NCBI GenBank assembly: GCA_046765795.1
Contig: JBKPRH010000150.1
Span: forward strand, 1-50,136
Origin: Acidobacteriota bacterium
Lineage (GTDB): Bacteria; Acidobacteriota; Vicinamibacteria; Vicinamibacterales; UBA2999
Length of the DNA stretch: 50,136 bases
Reading direction: 5' to 3'
Of the stretch, positions 19,334-27,930 are shown piece by piece. A program made the position numbers and the translations under genes. Every line of letters starts with the position of its first letter. Positions within the stretch are counted from its first letter, which is position 1. Under the pieces are notes generated by a model. That model did not search any database and had not been told where the DNA came from. It saw nothing but the letters and a program-made list of their open reading frames with translations.

Positions 19334-19967
19334 CCCGTCGCCGGGCCGCGTGCGCGGCGGAGGCGGGCTGCTGTTCATCGTCTCGGCCCCGTCGGGCACG
19401 GGCAAGACAACGATTGTCGAGCGGCTCGTGCAACGGGTGCCCAATTTGCGCATGTCGCGCTCGTATACGTCACGGGCGGCACGAGCCGGGGAGAAGGACG
19501 GCGTCGACTATAATTTCATTAGTCGGGAACGCTTCGAGGCCATGATCGGGGATCAGGCTTTCCTCGAGTGGGCCGATGTGTTTGGCAGCTATTACGGCAC
19601 GTCGGCTGCGGACACGGAAGCGGCATTGGCGAATGGCGAGGACGTCGTGCTCGTGATCGACGTCCAGGGCGCCCGTCAGATACGAGGCCGGGGTTGTGAG
19701 GCCGTCAGCATCTTCGTGCTGCCTCCATCCTCGGCGATTCTCGAGCGGCGGTTACGCGGCCGCAGCAAGGACAGCGACGAACAGATTGCGCGGCGGCTCG
19801 CGGTCGCCCGCAGCGAGGTTGACGAGTACTCGCAGTACGACTATCTCGTCATCAACGACGAACTGGAGACGGCGGTCGCGCGACTGGAAGCTATCGTCGC
19901 GGCCGAACGCGCACGGACACAACGCATGCGGCCGAAGGCCGAAGGCATCATAGGAACATTCGAATGA
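19323..19967 (+). CDS. gmk: Guanylate kinase
   Basis: P-loop SAPSGTGKTT, SRSYTSRAARAGEKDGVDYNF. Conserved yicC-gmk-rpoZ-coaBC order. Confidence 0.9.
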   Translation: MSNSPSPGRVRGGGGLLFIVSAPSGTGKTTIVERLVQRVPNLRMSRSYTSRAARAGEKDGVDYNFISRERFEAMIGDQAFLEWADVFGSYYGTSAADTEAALANGEDVVLVIDVQGARQIRGRGCEAVSIFVLPPSSAILERRLRGRSKDSDEQIARRLAVARSEVDEYSQYDYLVINDELETAVARLEAIVAAERARTQRMRPKAEGIIGTFE

Positions 19968-20134
19968 AGGCAAGTCCCAAAGAGAATCGGTTCGAATTCG
20001 TAGTCATGGCCAGCGCGCGTGCGCGACAGCTCCTGGCGGGCGCTGTGCCTCGCGAGGAGGGTGACAAGAAGGTCACCATCGCGCAACGTGAAGTCCTTCG
20101 CAGGAAAGTCGAGAAGGTCGAAGACGAGGTCTAA
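19964..20134 (+). CDS. rpoZ: DNA-directed RNA polymerase subunit omega (56 aa; absent from the ORF track because it is under 60 aa)
   Basis: My own translation: MKASPKENRFEFVVMASARARQLLAGAVPREEGDKKVTIAQREVLRRKVEKVEDEV. It has the NRFE..ARARQL omega signature. ATGA overlap with the gmk stop, and it sits directly after gmk. Confidence 0.75.
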   Translation: MKASPKENRFEFVVMASARARQLLAGAVPREEGDKKVTIAQREVLRRKVEKVEDEV

Positions 20135-20137
20135 CTG

Positions 20138-21364
20138 GTGGCTGTGATCGCTTTAGGCGTGACCGGCGGAGTCGGGGCGTATAAAGCGGTCGAGGTGTGC
20201 CGGGGCCTGCAGAAGCGCGGCCACGACGTCGTCGCGGTCATGACGCGGGCGGCGGCGCGGTTCGTCGGGCCGGTCACGTTCGAAGCGATCACGCGACGTC
20301 CGGTGATCACGTCGCAGTGGCGGCCCGGCATGAATGCCGATATCGAGCACATCGCGATCGCCGATGGCATCGCGCTGCTGCTCGTCGCGCCGTGCACGGC
20401 CAACGTCATCGGCAAGTTTGCCAATGGCATTGCGGACGATTTCCTGACGTCGCTGTATCTGGCGACGAAAGCCCCGGTGCTCATCGCGCCGGCGATGAAC
20501 GTGAACATGCTGGCGCACGAAGCGGTGCAGCGCAATCTACAGACGCTCACCGCGCGCGGCGTGCGGTTCGTCGAGCCGGGCGAGGGGTATCTGGCCTGCG
20601 GCTGGATCGGGAAGGGCAGACTGGCCGAACCTGCCGAGATCGTCGAGGCTGCCGCCGCGATCGTCGAGCCGGCGGCAACATCGCTCAACGGCATTCGCGT
20701 GGTCGTCACTGCAGGGCCCACCTACGAAGACATCGACCCGGTGCGTTACGTCGGCAACCGCTCGAGCGGTCGCATGGGCTTTGCGCTTGCCGCAGAGGCG
20801 CAGCGACGTGGTGCCGAGGTGACGCTCATCGCGGGTCCAACCACAGTGACGCCGCCCAGCGTAGACGCGACGATCGCCGTACGGAGTGCCGCGGACATGC
20901 ATGAGGCCGTGATGCGCGTCGCATCGAATGCCGACGTCGTGATCATGGCTGCTGCTGTCGCTGACTACGCGCCGGCTGCGCCGGCGGCGCAGAAGGTCAC
21001 CAAGACGGATGGTCCGCTCACGCTGACGCTGCAGCGGACCAAGGACATTCTCAGCGACCTCGGATCGATGCGAGCCGGTCTTGGCGGCGGGCGCCCGATT
21101 CTGGTTGGATTCGCCGCCGAAACCGAGGACCTGCTCGCCAGGGCACGTGAGAAGCGCGTCCGCAAGAAGGTGGATCTGATCGTCGCCAACGACGTGTCGA
21201 GGCCGGATCAAGGATTCGATGCCGACACGAATGCCGTGACGATCATCGGCGAAAGCGACGAGCAGGTTGTGCCGCTCCAGAGCAAAGCCCGCGTCGCGGC
21301 GGTCATCCTCGATCGTGTCGAACATCTCCTCCGGTCGCGGACCGGCAAGCTTGCCTCGCGCTGA
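20138..21364 (+). CDS. coaBC: Bifunctional phosphopantothenoylcysteine decarboxylase / phosphopantothenate-cysteine ligase
   Basis: Flavoprotein N-domain (GVTGGVGAYKAVE, PAMNVNM) and DFP C-domain (VVVTAGPTYEDIDPVRYVGNRSSGRMG, AAVADY). Confidence 0.9.
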   Translation: MAVIALGVTGGVGAYKAVEVCRGLQKRGHDVVAVMTRAAARFVGPVTFEAITRRPVITSQWRPGMNADIEHIAIADGIALLLVAPCTANVIGKFANGIADDFLTSLYLATKAPVLIAPAMNVNMLAHEAVQRNLQTLTARGVRFVEPGEGYLACGWIGKGRLAEPAEIVEAAAAIVEPAATSLNGIRVVVTAGPTYEDIDPVRYVGNRSSGRMGFALAAEAQRRGAEVTLIAGPTTVTPPSVDATIAVRSAADMHEAVMRVASNADVVIMAAAVADYAPAAPAAQKVTKTDGPLTLTLQRTKDILSDLGSMRAGLGGGRPILVGFAAETEDLLARAREKRVRKKVDLIVANDVSRPDQGFDADTNAVTIIGESDEQVVPLQSKARVAAVILDRVEHLLRSRTGKLASR

Positions 21365-21366
21365 TC

Positions 21367-22146
21367 GTGTCCGCTGATCAGCTCCGCGCACATCTCGAGT
21401 TCTTTGGCGAGCTTGGTGTCGATGGCTTCCGCCGCGAATCCGAATGGCGCACACGCAAAACCGTCGAACAGGAACCCATTGCACCGGAACCCACAGAACC
21501 AGAACCCCCAGAACCCAAGGAACGTCAACCTTCTGAACCCTTGGAACCCTCGGAACCTTTGGAACCAGTGAAAGTGTTCGCCTCTCAAGCGGAGGCCTTG
21601 CAGGCGATCAAGATCGACATCGGTCCAGATTGTTCCCGCTGCAAGCTGCACACCCTCGGCCGTCGTCAGGTGGTGTTCGGCGTGGGGAATCCAAACGCGG
21701 ATCTGATGTTTGTTGGCGAAGCGCCAGGCGCTGACGAAGACATTCAGGGCGAGCCGTTTGTTGGCCGCGCCGGTCAGCTGCTGACCAAGATCATCGAGGC
21801 GATCAATATGCGGCGCGAGGATGTCTACATCGCCAACGTGATCAAGTGCCGGCCGCCGCAGAACCGGAATCCCGAGCCCGACGAAGTGGACCAGTGCGAG
21901 CCATTCCTGTTCAGGCAGATCGAGACGATCAAGCCGAAAGTGATCGTGGCGCTAGGGAAGTTCGCCGCGCAGTCGCTGCTCAAGACCACCGAGCCGATCA
22001 CGCGGATTCGCGGTCGCGAGTACAAGTATCGCGACGCGATTCTGATGCCGACCTATCACCCGGCCTACCTGCTGCGGAATCCCTCGTCCAAGCGCGAGGT
22101 GTGGGAAGACATGAAGCGAGTGCGCGCGATACTATCGGGCGAGTAG
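21367..22146 (+). CDS. Uracil-DNA glycosylase family 4 with an E/P-rich N-terminal extension
   Basis: CSRCKL...FGVGNPNADLMFVGEAPGADED...GEPFVGRAGQLL...IANVIKCRPP...HPAYLLRNP. GTG start. Confidence 0.85.
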   Translation: MSADQLRAHLEFFGELGVDGFRRESEWRTRKTVEQEPIAPEPTEPEPPEPKERQPSEPLEPSEPLEPVKVFASQAEALQAIKIDIGPDCSRCKLHTLGRRQVVFGVGNPNADLMFVGEAPGADEDIQGEPFVGRAGQLLTKIIEAINMRREDVYIANVIKCRPPQNRNPEPDEVDQCEPFLFRQIETIKPKVIVALGKFAAQSLLKTTEPITRIRGREYKYRDAILMPTYHPAYLLRNPSSKREVWEDMKRVRAILSGE

Positions 22147-24398
22147 TGCGTCTCGTCTCAGTCGCGGTTCCCGTTCCTTTTCTCGACCGGCTCACTTACA
22201 ACGTTCCCGATCATCTCGAGCTGCCCCTTGTCGGTGCTCGGGTGCGCGTGCCGATAGGCTCGCGCATCGTGACCGGATGCGTCGTTCAGCAGAGTGCGGA
22301 TGGATCTGATCCCGAGGCGGTGAAGGACATCGTCGAGGTGTTGGACCGCGAGCCGTTTCTGCCACCGGGCGTCGTGAAGTTGTGCGAGTGGGTGGCTGAG
22401 TACTACCTCGCTGGAATCGGCGACGCGATTGCCGTCGCGATGCCGCCTGGCGCGCGTGCCAGGGCCTCGTCATTCAAGACCCGCCAGGTCGCCAGAATCA
22501 CCGCCCACGGCCTTGCCCTGAGCAATGCCCTGAGCAATGCCCTGGGCACGGCCCTGGACGGAGTCGAACGGGTGACCCCGAAGCAGCGTGCGGCGCTGGA
22601 TATCCTCGCGGCGGCGGGTGTCGGCCTGCCGGTCGGGGAGTTGCGCGATCGCGGCGTTACGAGGGACGTGCTGGCCAGACTCGCTGCGCAAGGCCTCGTG
22701 ACGCTGCAAGCCGAAGCTGAAGAGCGCGATCCGTTCGAGCGCGCGGCGATGCCTGAACGCGCGCCAGATTCGTCGCGTGACCTGACGCCAGAACAGCGCA
22801 CCGCCTTCGAACAGCTCGCGGCGCTCGTCGAGGGGGGAGGCTTTCGGACCGCGCTGTTGCACGGCGTCACCGGCAGCGGCAAGACCGAGATCTATCTGCG
22901 ACTATCGCAGGCGGTCCAGCGCGCCGGCCGTCAGGTCCTGCTGCTGGTTCCGGAAATCGCATTGACGCCGTCGGTGACCGCGCTGTTTCGCGGCGCCTTT
23001 GGTGATCGCGTGGCCATCCAGCACAGCGCGCTCTCTGACGGCGAACGCCACGATCAATGGCATCGCATCCGCCGCGGCGATGTGGATCTCGTGATCGGCA
23101 CGCGGTCCGCCGTGTTCGCACCGCTCACTCGGCTCGGCCTCATCGTCGTAGACGAGGAGCACGACACGTCCTACAAACAGGAAGAAGCTCCGCGCTATCA
23201 CGGACGCGACGTCGCGATCGTGCGCGCCACGTATGAAGGCGCACTCGTCGTGCTTGGATCGGCGACGCCGTCGATGGAGTCGTATCAGAACGCGCTGTCC
23301 GGCAAATACGCCCAGGCGACCCTGGAGCGCCGTGTGCTCGACCGTCCGCTGGCCGCGGTGAGGATCGTCAACATGCGCGCCGAGTACGCGGAACAGGGGC
23401 CGGACGCGATCATCAGTCGCGATCTCGCGGCCGCTGTCGCCGATCGACTCGCCCGTCGTGAACAGGTCCTCGTGCTCCTGAATCGCCGTGGGTATGCGAC
23501 GGCTGTCTTCTGCCGTCAGTGCGGCGACACCTTCGAGTGCCCGAATTGCACCATCTCGTTGACCGTGCATCGGGCGCGAAACGGCTGGCGTGCCCGTTGC
23601 CATTACTGCAACTACTCGATGATGGTGCCGAAGGCCTGCCGGAAGTGCGCCGCGCCCTATCTCGAACGTGCCGGGTTCGGCACCGAGAAAGTGGAAGAGC
23701 AGCTTGCCGAGGCGTTCCCGAATGCCCGAATCGGGCGCGTCGATCGCGATTCGGTCCGCCGCAAAGGGGCGTTGGCATCACTCCTCGGCCGCTTTGCGGC
23801 CGGTGAGCTCGACATCCTCGTCGGCACACAGATGATCGCCAAAGGCCATGACTTCCCGCGCGTGACACTCGTGGGCGTCGTGTCGGCAGATGTCGGGCTG
23901 GGACTCGCCGACTTCCGCGCCGCCGAGCGCACGTTTCAGTTGCTGACGCAGGTGGCAGGCAGAGCGGGGCGTGGTGAGCGCACCGGTGAAGCGATCGTCC
24001 AGACGCTGTATCCCGACCACTACAGCATTCAGCTGGCCTGTCGTCAGGACTACCGTGCGTTCTTCGATCGCGAGTTCGCGTATCGACGCGGGATGCGCTA
24101 CCCACCGATGGTGGCGCTGATCAACACGATCGTGCGCGGCCGTACGTTCGAGGAGGCCATGCAGACGGCGACAGAGATCGTCCGTCGCATCGAGCCGGCC
24201 ACGGCGACGGCAGGCTTGACCATACTCGGTCCCGCGCCTGCGCCGCTTGTTCGACTGCGCGGCGAGCATCGCGTGCAGTTTCTCGTGAAGGGCACGCGCC
24301 GCGCCGAGATGCGTCGCGCGCTTCAAGCGGCACTCGCCGACATGCCGCAGGTGCGCCGCCGCGTCACCGTGGACGTTGACCCGTTGACGGTGTTGTAA
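22146..24398 (+). CDS. priA: Primosomal protein N' (replication restart helicase PriA)
   Basis: Start set at GTG 22146 (VRLVSVAVPVPFLDRLTY), 1 nt overlap with the UDG stop. Walker A GVTGSGKTE, DEEHD box, Cys-rich zinc region CRQCG..CPNC..CHYC..CRKC. The ORF track start at 21846 lies inside the UDG gene. Confidence 0.9.
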   Translation: MRLVSVAVPVPFLDRLTYNVPDHLELPLVGARVRVPIGSRIVTGCVVQQSADGSDPEAVKDIVEVLDREPFLPPGVVKLCEWVAEYYLAGIGDAIAVAMPPGARARASSFKTRQVARITAHGLALSNALSNALGTALDGVERVTPKQRAALDILAAAGVGLPVGELRDRGVTRDVLARLAAQGLVTLQAEAEERDPFERAAMPERAPDSSRDLTPEQRTAFEQLAALVEGGGFRTALLHGVTGSGKTEIYLRLSQAVQRAGRQVLLLVPEIALTPSVTALFRGAFGDRVAIQHSALSDGERHDQWHRIRRGDVDLVIGTRSAVFAPLTRLGLIVVDEEHDTSYKQEEAPRYHGRDVAIVRATYEGALVVLGSATPSMESYQNALSGKYAQATLERRVLDRPLAAVRIVNMRAEYAEQGPDAIISRDLAAAVADRLARREQVLVLLNRRGYATAVFCRQCGDTFECPNCTISLTVHRARNGWRARCHYCNYSMMVPKACRKCAAPYLERAGFGTEKVEEQLAEAFPNARIGRVDRDSVRRKGALASLLGRFAAGELDILVGTQMIAKGHDFPRVTLVGVVSADVGLGLADFRAAERTFQLLTQVAGRAGRGERTGEAIVQTLYPDHYSIQLACRQDYRAFFDREFAYRRGMRYPPMVALINTIVRGRTFEEAMQTATEIVRRIEPATATAGLTILGPAPAPLVRLRGEHRVQFLVKGTRRAEMRRALQAALADMPQVRRRVTVDVDPLTVL

Positions 24399-24409
24399 CG
24401 AAGCGCTTG

Positions 24410-25387
24410 TCAGCGGGGGAACGGAAACGGCGTAAAGGACAGGATCAGAATCGCCGCCGCGAATCCCGCGAGTAACAGACGCGGGGGATCGAGAGGCTCA
24501 GCTTCATCCGGCGTGCGCGGATGGTGAGGCCCCATCACATACAGCATCACGACGACGAGCACGGTCCACAGCAAGTACGCGCCTGAGTAGATGGTCAGCG
24601 CGACCATTGCGGCCGTGACGACGAACGTGATGATCGTCGAGACGCGTCCGAACACGGCATAGCTGATGTGACCGCCATCAAGCTGACTGACCGGGCACAG
24701 ATTCAGCGCAGTGGCCAGCAGGCCAAACCACGCCGCCCACGCAAACGGATGGTAGTTGATGGCCTGCCCGGCTGGCGGCGTTCCGTGAAACAGCTTCGAT
24801 ACCAGGTGGAACAGCAGCGGCTCACCAAGCTCGGAGCCACTGAAGTCGGACGGGAGCTGGACGACCCGCGACAGACTGACACCGATGACGAGCAGCGGCA
24901 CAAGCACGAGAAACCCGGCGATGGGTCCGGCGATGCCGATATCGAAGAACTGACGCTTCGTGGCGATCGGTTGGCGGATGCGAATCACCGCGCCGAAGGT
25001 ACCGGGCAGAGGCAGGTTCGCAGGCAGCCAGAAGGGAATGAAGTAGGGAAGCGACGCGTCAACGCCGTAGTATCGACACGCGAAGTAGTGTCCGAATTCA
25101 TGAGCCCCGAGGATCGCGACCACGCCGAAGCTGTACAACGTGCCGTGCAGCATCAGCGACGTCATCGACGCATCGAGCTTCACGTTGCCCAGCTCCGAGG
25201 CGTACGACGCGTAGAAGTTCATGCCGGCGAGGGTCGTCGAGACGACCGTCAGGATGAACAGGACGACGTGCCGGGTGACAGGCGCCGGCCGTCGTGACGC
25301 CGGCATCACATACGGCGCCGGTGTGGAATCGTTTCCCAGACGGATCCCGGGATCAGCAGAGTGAAAAGTCGAGCCCATGCGGGCCAA
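24410..25387 (-). CDS. M50 family (site-2 protease type) membrane metalloprotease
   Basis: HEFGHYFACRYYG (HExxH in a TM helix), a second motif region LNLCPVSQLDGGH, and multiple TM helices. Confidence 0.8.
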   Translation of the reverse strand: MARMGSTFHSADPGIRLGNDSTPAPYVMPASRRPAPVTRHVVLFILTVVSTTLAGMNFYASYASELGNVKLDASMTSLMLHGTLYSFGVVAILGAHEFGHYFACRYYGVDASLPYFIPFWLPANLPLPGTFGAVIRIRQPIATKRQFFDIGIAGPIAGFLVLVPLLVIGVSLSRVVQLPSDFSGSELGEPLLFHLVSKLFHGTPPAGQAINYHPFAWAAWFGLLATALNLCPVSQLDGGHISYAVFGRVSTIITFVVTAAMVALTIYSGAYLLWTVLVVVMLYVMGPHHPRTPDEAEPLDPPRLLLAGFAAAILILSFTPFPFPR

Positions 25388-25657
25388 TTACCCGATATTC
25401 TGGAGGTCTTTGCCCGGCTTGAACCGGATGGTCCGGCCCGGAGGAATGCGAACTTCCTTACCGGTCCGCGGATTGCGGCCGATGCCGCGCTTTCGAGGTT
25501 TCACTTGGAACACGCCAAATCCACGCAGTTCAATGCGATCGCCGCGCTGCATCGACAGCCGCATCGCATCAAAGACCGCATCGACCGCCACCTCAGCCTT
25601 GACTTTGGTGATGTCGGCGATCTTCGAAACCTCGTTGACGATATCGACCTTGATCAT
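25388..25657 (-). CDS. HU/IHF family DNA-binding protein
   Basis: Start at MIKVDIVNEV (25657). GFGVFQVKPRKRGIGRNPRTGKEVRIPPGRTIRFKPGKDL arm motif. The longer ORF to 25870 is an artefactual extension over the der 5' end. Confidence 0.85.
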   Translation of the reverse strand: MIKVDIVNEVSKIADITKVKAEVAVDAVFDAMRLSMQRGDRIELRGFGVFQVKPRKRGIGRNPRTGKEVRIPPGRTIRFKPGKDLQNIG

Positions 25658-25690
25658 GGGGTAGGTGCCTAGAAGGCAAATACTGTAACT

Positions 25691-25719
25691 ACTATAAAAA
25701 GAAACACTTAGCCTGTCAA
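25691..25719 (-). promoter_or_regulatory. Near-consensus sigma70-type promoter for the HU/IHF gene
   Basis: Minus strand reads TTGACA (25719-25714), a 17-nt spacer, then TATAGT (25696-25691). It lies about 34 nt upstream of the ATG in the only AT-rich stretch of the region. Confidence 0.45.
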
Positions 25720-25730
25720 CAGAGCCAATT

Positions 25731-27107
25731 TTGGCCCCACAATCCCAGCCCTCAGTCGTCCTTGTCGGCCGCCCCAACGTGGGGAAGTCGACGCTCTTCA
25801 ACCGCCTCACACGGTCGAGGCGTGCCATCGTCACGTCCATTCCGGGCACGACGCGCGACGTCATTGCCAAGTCGATGGAGTGGCGTGGCTCTCATTTCGA
25901 GGTGACAGACACTGGAGGTATGTTCGGCGCGAGCGAGGATCCACTGCATGCCCTCGTGCTCGAACGTGGACGCCGCGCCATCGCGGACGCCGATCTCCTT
26001 GTGCTCGTGACGGATGGACGCGAAGGCCTGGTGCCCGGCGACGAGCAAATCACCAAGGTGATTCGCGAATCGGGCAAACCCGCGCTGCTCGCGATCAACA
26101 AGACCGACGATCGTCGATCGCGCAATGGCGTACTCGAGCTCTATGAGCTCGGGTTCGATCCGGTGTACGAGATTGCAGCCGAGCACGGAGAGGGCATCGG
26201 CGATCTGCTCGATGCGATTGTCGAGCGACTGCCTCGTGGCAGGTCTGCCTCGCCGGAGAAACCCGTCGAGGTCTCGATCGCGATCGTCGGACGGCCGAAT
26301 GCGGGCAAGTCTTCGCTGGTCAATCGGTTGCTCCGCGAGGAGCGAATGATCGTGAGCGAGATGCCCGGCACGACGCGGGATTCCGTGGACACGGTCATGA
26401 CCTGGCACCGCAGGATGTTCCGTATCGTCGATACGGCGGGCATTCGGAAGCCGGGGCGAGTCGCGCGGTCGGGACAAGTGGAATCGGTCAGTGTGTTGCT
26501 GGCCAGGCGATCGATCGAGTCGGCGGATATCGTCGTGCTCGTGGTGGATGCCAACGTCGGCGCGACCGATCAGGATGCTGCGATTGCCGGGGAGGCCGAT
26601 CGGCTAGGCCGCGGCGTGATCATCGCGGCGAACAAGTGGGACCTGATGAAGGACCGCGGGCCCGAGTTCGTGAAGACGTTCGACGAGAACCTGCGCGAGC
26701 AGCTCAAGTTTCTGGACTACGCGAAGATCCTCCACATCTCGGCATCGACCGGCGAGCGAACGCCGCGTCTGCTCGAAACCATCGATCGCGTCACCGAGTC
26801 GCGACGCAAACGAATCAAGACGAGCGAGCTGAACGCGTTCGTCGAGCGCGTCTCGGCTGAGCATCCGCCGGCCAGTCCCGGGCGCCGGCACGTTCGCATC
26901 CTCTATGCCGCGCAGACCGGCGTCGCGCCTCCGACGTTTGTGTTCTTCACCAACGTGGCGACGACGTTTCACTTTTCCTATCAGCGGTATCTCGAGAACC
27001 GGCTTCGAGAGGAGTTCGGGTTTGAAGGTACGCCGATACGCCTGCACGTGCGCGCGAGACGCGGCAAGGCGGAGAAGTCCGAAGGATCTAAAGGTAAAAA
27101 ACGCTAA
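25731..27107 (+). CDS. der: Ribosome-biogenesis GTPase Der (EngA)
   Basis: Two tandem G domains (GRPNVGKSTLFN and GRPNAGKSSLVN; DTGG and DTAG; NKTD and NKWD) plus a KH-like C-terminus. TTG start. Confidence 0.9.
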   Translation: MAPQSQPSVVLVGRPNVGKSTLFNRLTRSRRAIVTSIPGTTRDVIAKSMEWRGSHFEVTDTGGMFGASEDPLHALVLERGRRAIADADLLVLVTDGREGLVPGDEQITKVIRESGKPALLAINKTDDRRSRNGVLELYELGFDPVYEIAAEHGEGIGDLLDAIVERLPRGRSASPEKPVEVSIAIVGRPNAGKSSLVNRLLREERMIVSEMPGTTRDSVDTVMTWHRRMFRIVDTAGIRKPGRVARSGQVESVSVLLARRSIESADIVVLVVDANVGATDQDAAIAGEADRLGRGVIIAANKWDLMKDRGPEFVKTFDENLREQLKFLDYAKILHISASTGERTPRLLETIDRVTESRRKRIKTSELNAFVERVSAEHPPASPGRRHVRILYAAQTGVAPPTFVFFTNVATTFHFSYQRYLENRLREEFGFEGTPIRLHVRARRGKAEKSEGSKGKKR

Positions 27108-27131
27108 ACCCTTGCTATACTGAGCGCTGAA

Positions 27132-27671
27132 ATGACCCAGAAGTGGTTCAAAGCGGCGGACGTCTGTGAGATGGCCGAGCTCCAACCCTACGTTCTGCGG
27201 TCTTGGGAGAAGGAGTTCCCCGGCATCGGGGTGCAGAAATCGGCCGACAGCCCGCGGCTCTATCGGCAGTCGGACATCGAGCAGGTCAAGAAGATCAAGC
27301 AGCTGGTGTTTGGCGAAGGCCTGACGCTGGCTGGTGCGCGCCGGCGTCTCGAAGAGAGCGCGCCTCACGTCGGCGCCGCGGACAAGGACGTCGAGGAAGT
27401 GCTCGAAGCGCTCGCGTCGGATGCGCGGACGCGCATCGCGAGCGTGCGCGATGGTCTTCGTTCGATTCTCAGACTGCTCTCGAGCGCGCCGGGCACGGTC
27501 GTCGTCGTTGACGACTATCGTCTCGAGCCGCCGTCGGCACCGTCACTCGTGAAGGGCGCACGGCGATCGATTGCCGCGCGATCGAAGCCAACTGTGGCAT
27601 CGAAGCGCGTCACTGCCGCCGCACAGAAGCCTGCGCGCCCCGCCAAGCGTAATAAGCGCGCGTCGGCGTAG
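27132..27671 (+). CDS. MerR-family HTH protein with a basic A/K/R-rich C-terminal tail
   Basis: FKAADVCEMAELQPYVLRSWEKEFPGI...RLYRQSDIEQVKKIKQLVFGEGLTLAGARRRL is a MerR-type wHTH. No recognisable effector domain. Tail is AARSKPTVASKRVTAAAQKPARPAKRNKRASA. Confidence 0.7.
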   Translation: MTQKWFKAADVCEMAELQPYVLRSWEKEFPGIGVQKSADSPRLYRQSDIEQVKKIKQLVFGEGLTLAGARRRLEESAPHVGAADKDVEEVLEALASDARTRIASVRDGLRSILRLLSSAPGTVVVVDDYRLEPPSAPSLVKGARRSIAARSKPTVASKRVTAAAQKPARPAKRNKRASA

Positions 27672-27679
27672 AATTCACA

Positions 27680-27731
27680 TGTAGCGTCCGGCTTCAGCCG
27701 GACGAAGTAGTGTCCGGCTTTAGCCGGACCA
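27680..27731. repeat. Two tandem 26-nt hairpin units (GTAGyGTCCGGCTTyAGCCGGACsAA)
   Basis: Unit 1 is 27680-27705 and unit 2 is 27706-27731. Each holds an 8-bp inverted repeat GTCCGGCT/AGCCGGAC with a 2-nt loop. They lie between the MerR-like stop and tRNA-Pro. Confidence 0.65.
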
Positions 27732-27742
27732 ACCAATTAGTT

Positions 27743-27819
<77 letters not shown>

Positions 27820-27858
27820 ACTTTTCAGTTGGTCACTGGTACATCGGTGGCACAAATC

Positions 27859-27896
27859 GGGCGGACCGCACCGGCAGGTCCGCCCGTTGTGCTTCT
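27859..27896. terminator. GC-rich hairpin downstream of tRNA-Pro (possible bidirectional terminator)
   Basis: GGGCGGACC/GGTCCGCCC 9-bp stem (27859-27867 / 27877-27885) with a 9-nt loop, followed by GTTGTGCTTCT. On the other strand it follows the convergent ORF. Confidence 0.45.
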
Positions 27897-27930
27897 GGCC
27901 CGCTTTCCTTCAGACACCCGCCTTGTGACG

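Noticed and set aside
21846-22145. Upstream extension of the priA ORF.
   Set aside because: It overlaps the well-supported UDG gene in another frame. The PriA homology (VSVAVPVPFLDRLTY) begins at GTG 22146.
25658-25870. N-terminal extension of the HU/IHF ORF to 160 aa.
   Set aside because: HU/IHF proteins are about 90 aa. The extension runs through an AT-rich promoter region and the der 5' end. A consensus promoter sits inside it.
27680-27731. Possible CRISPR-like array or attachment site at the hairpin repeats next to the tRNA.
   Set aside because: There are only two directly abutting units with no spacers, no cas genes and no integrase. No copy of the tRNA 3' end was found downstream.
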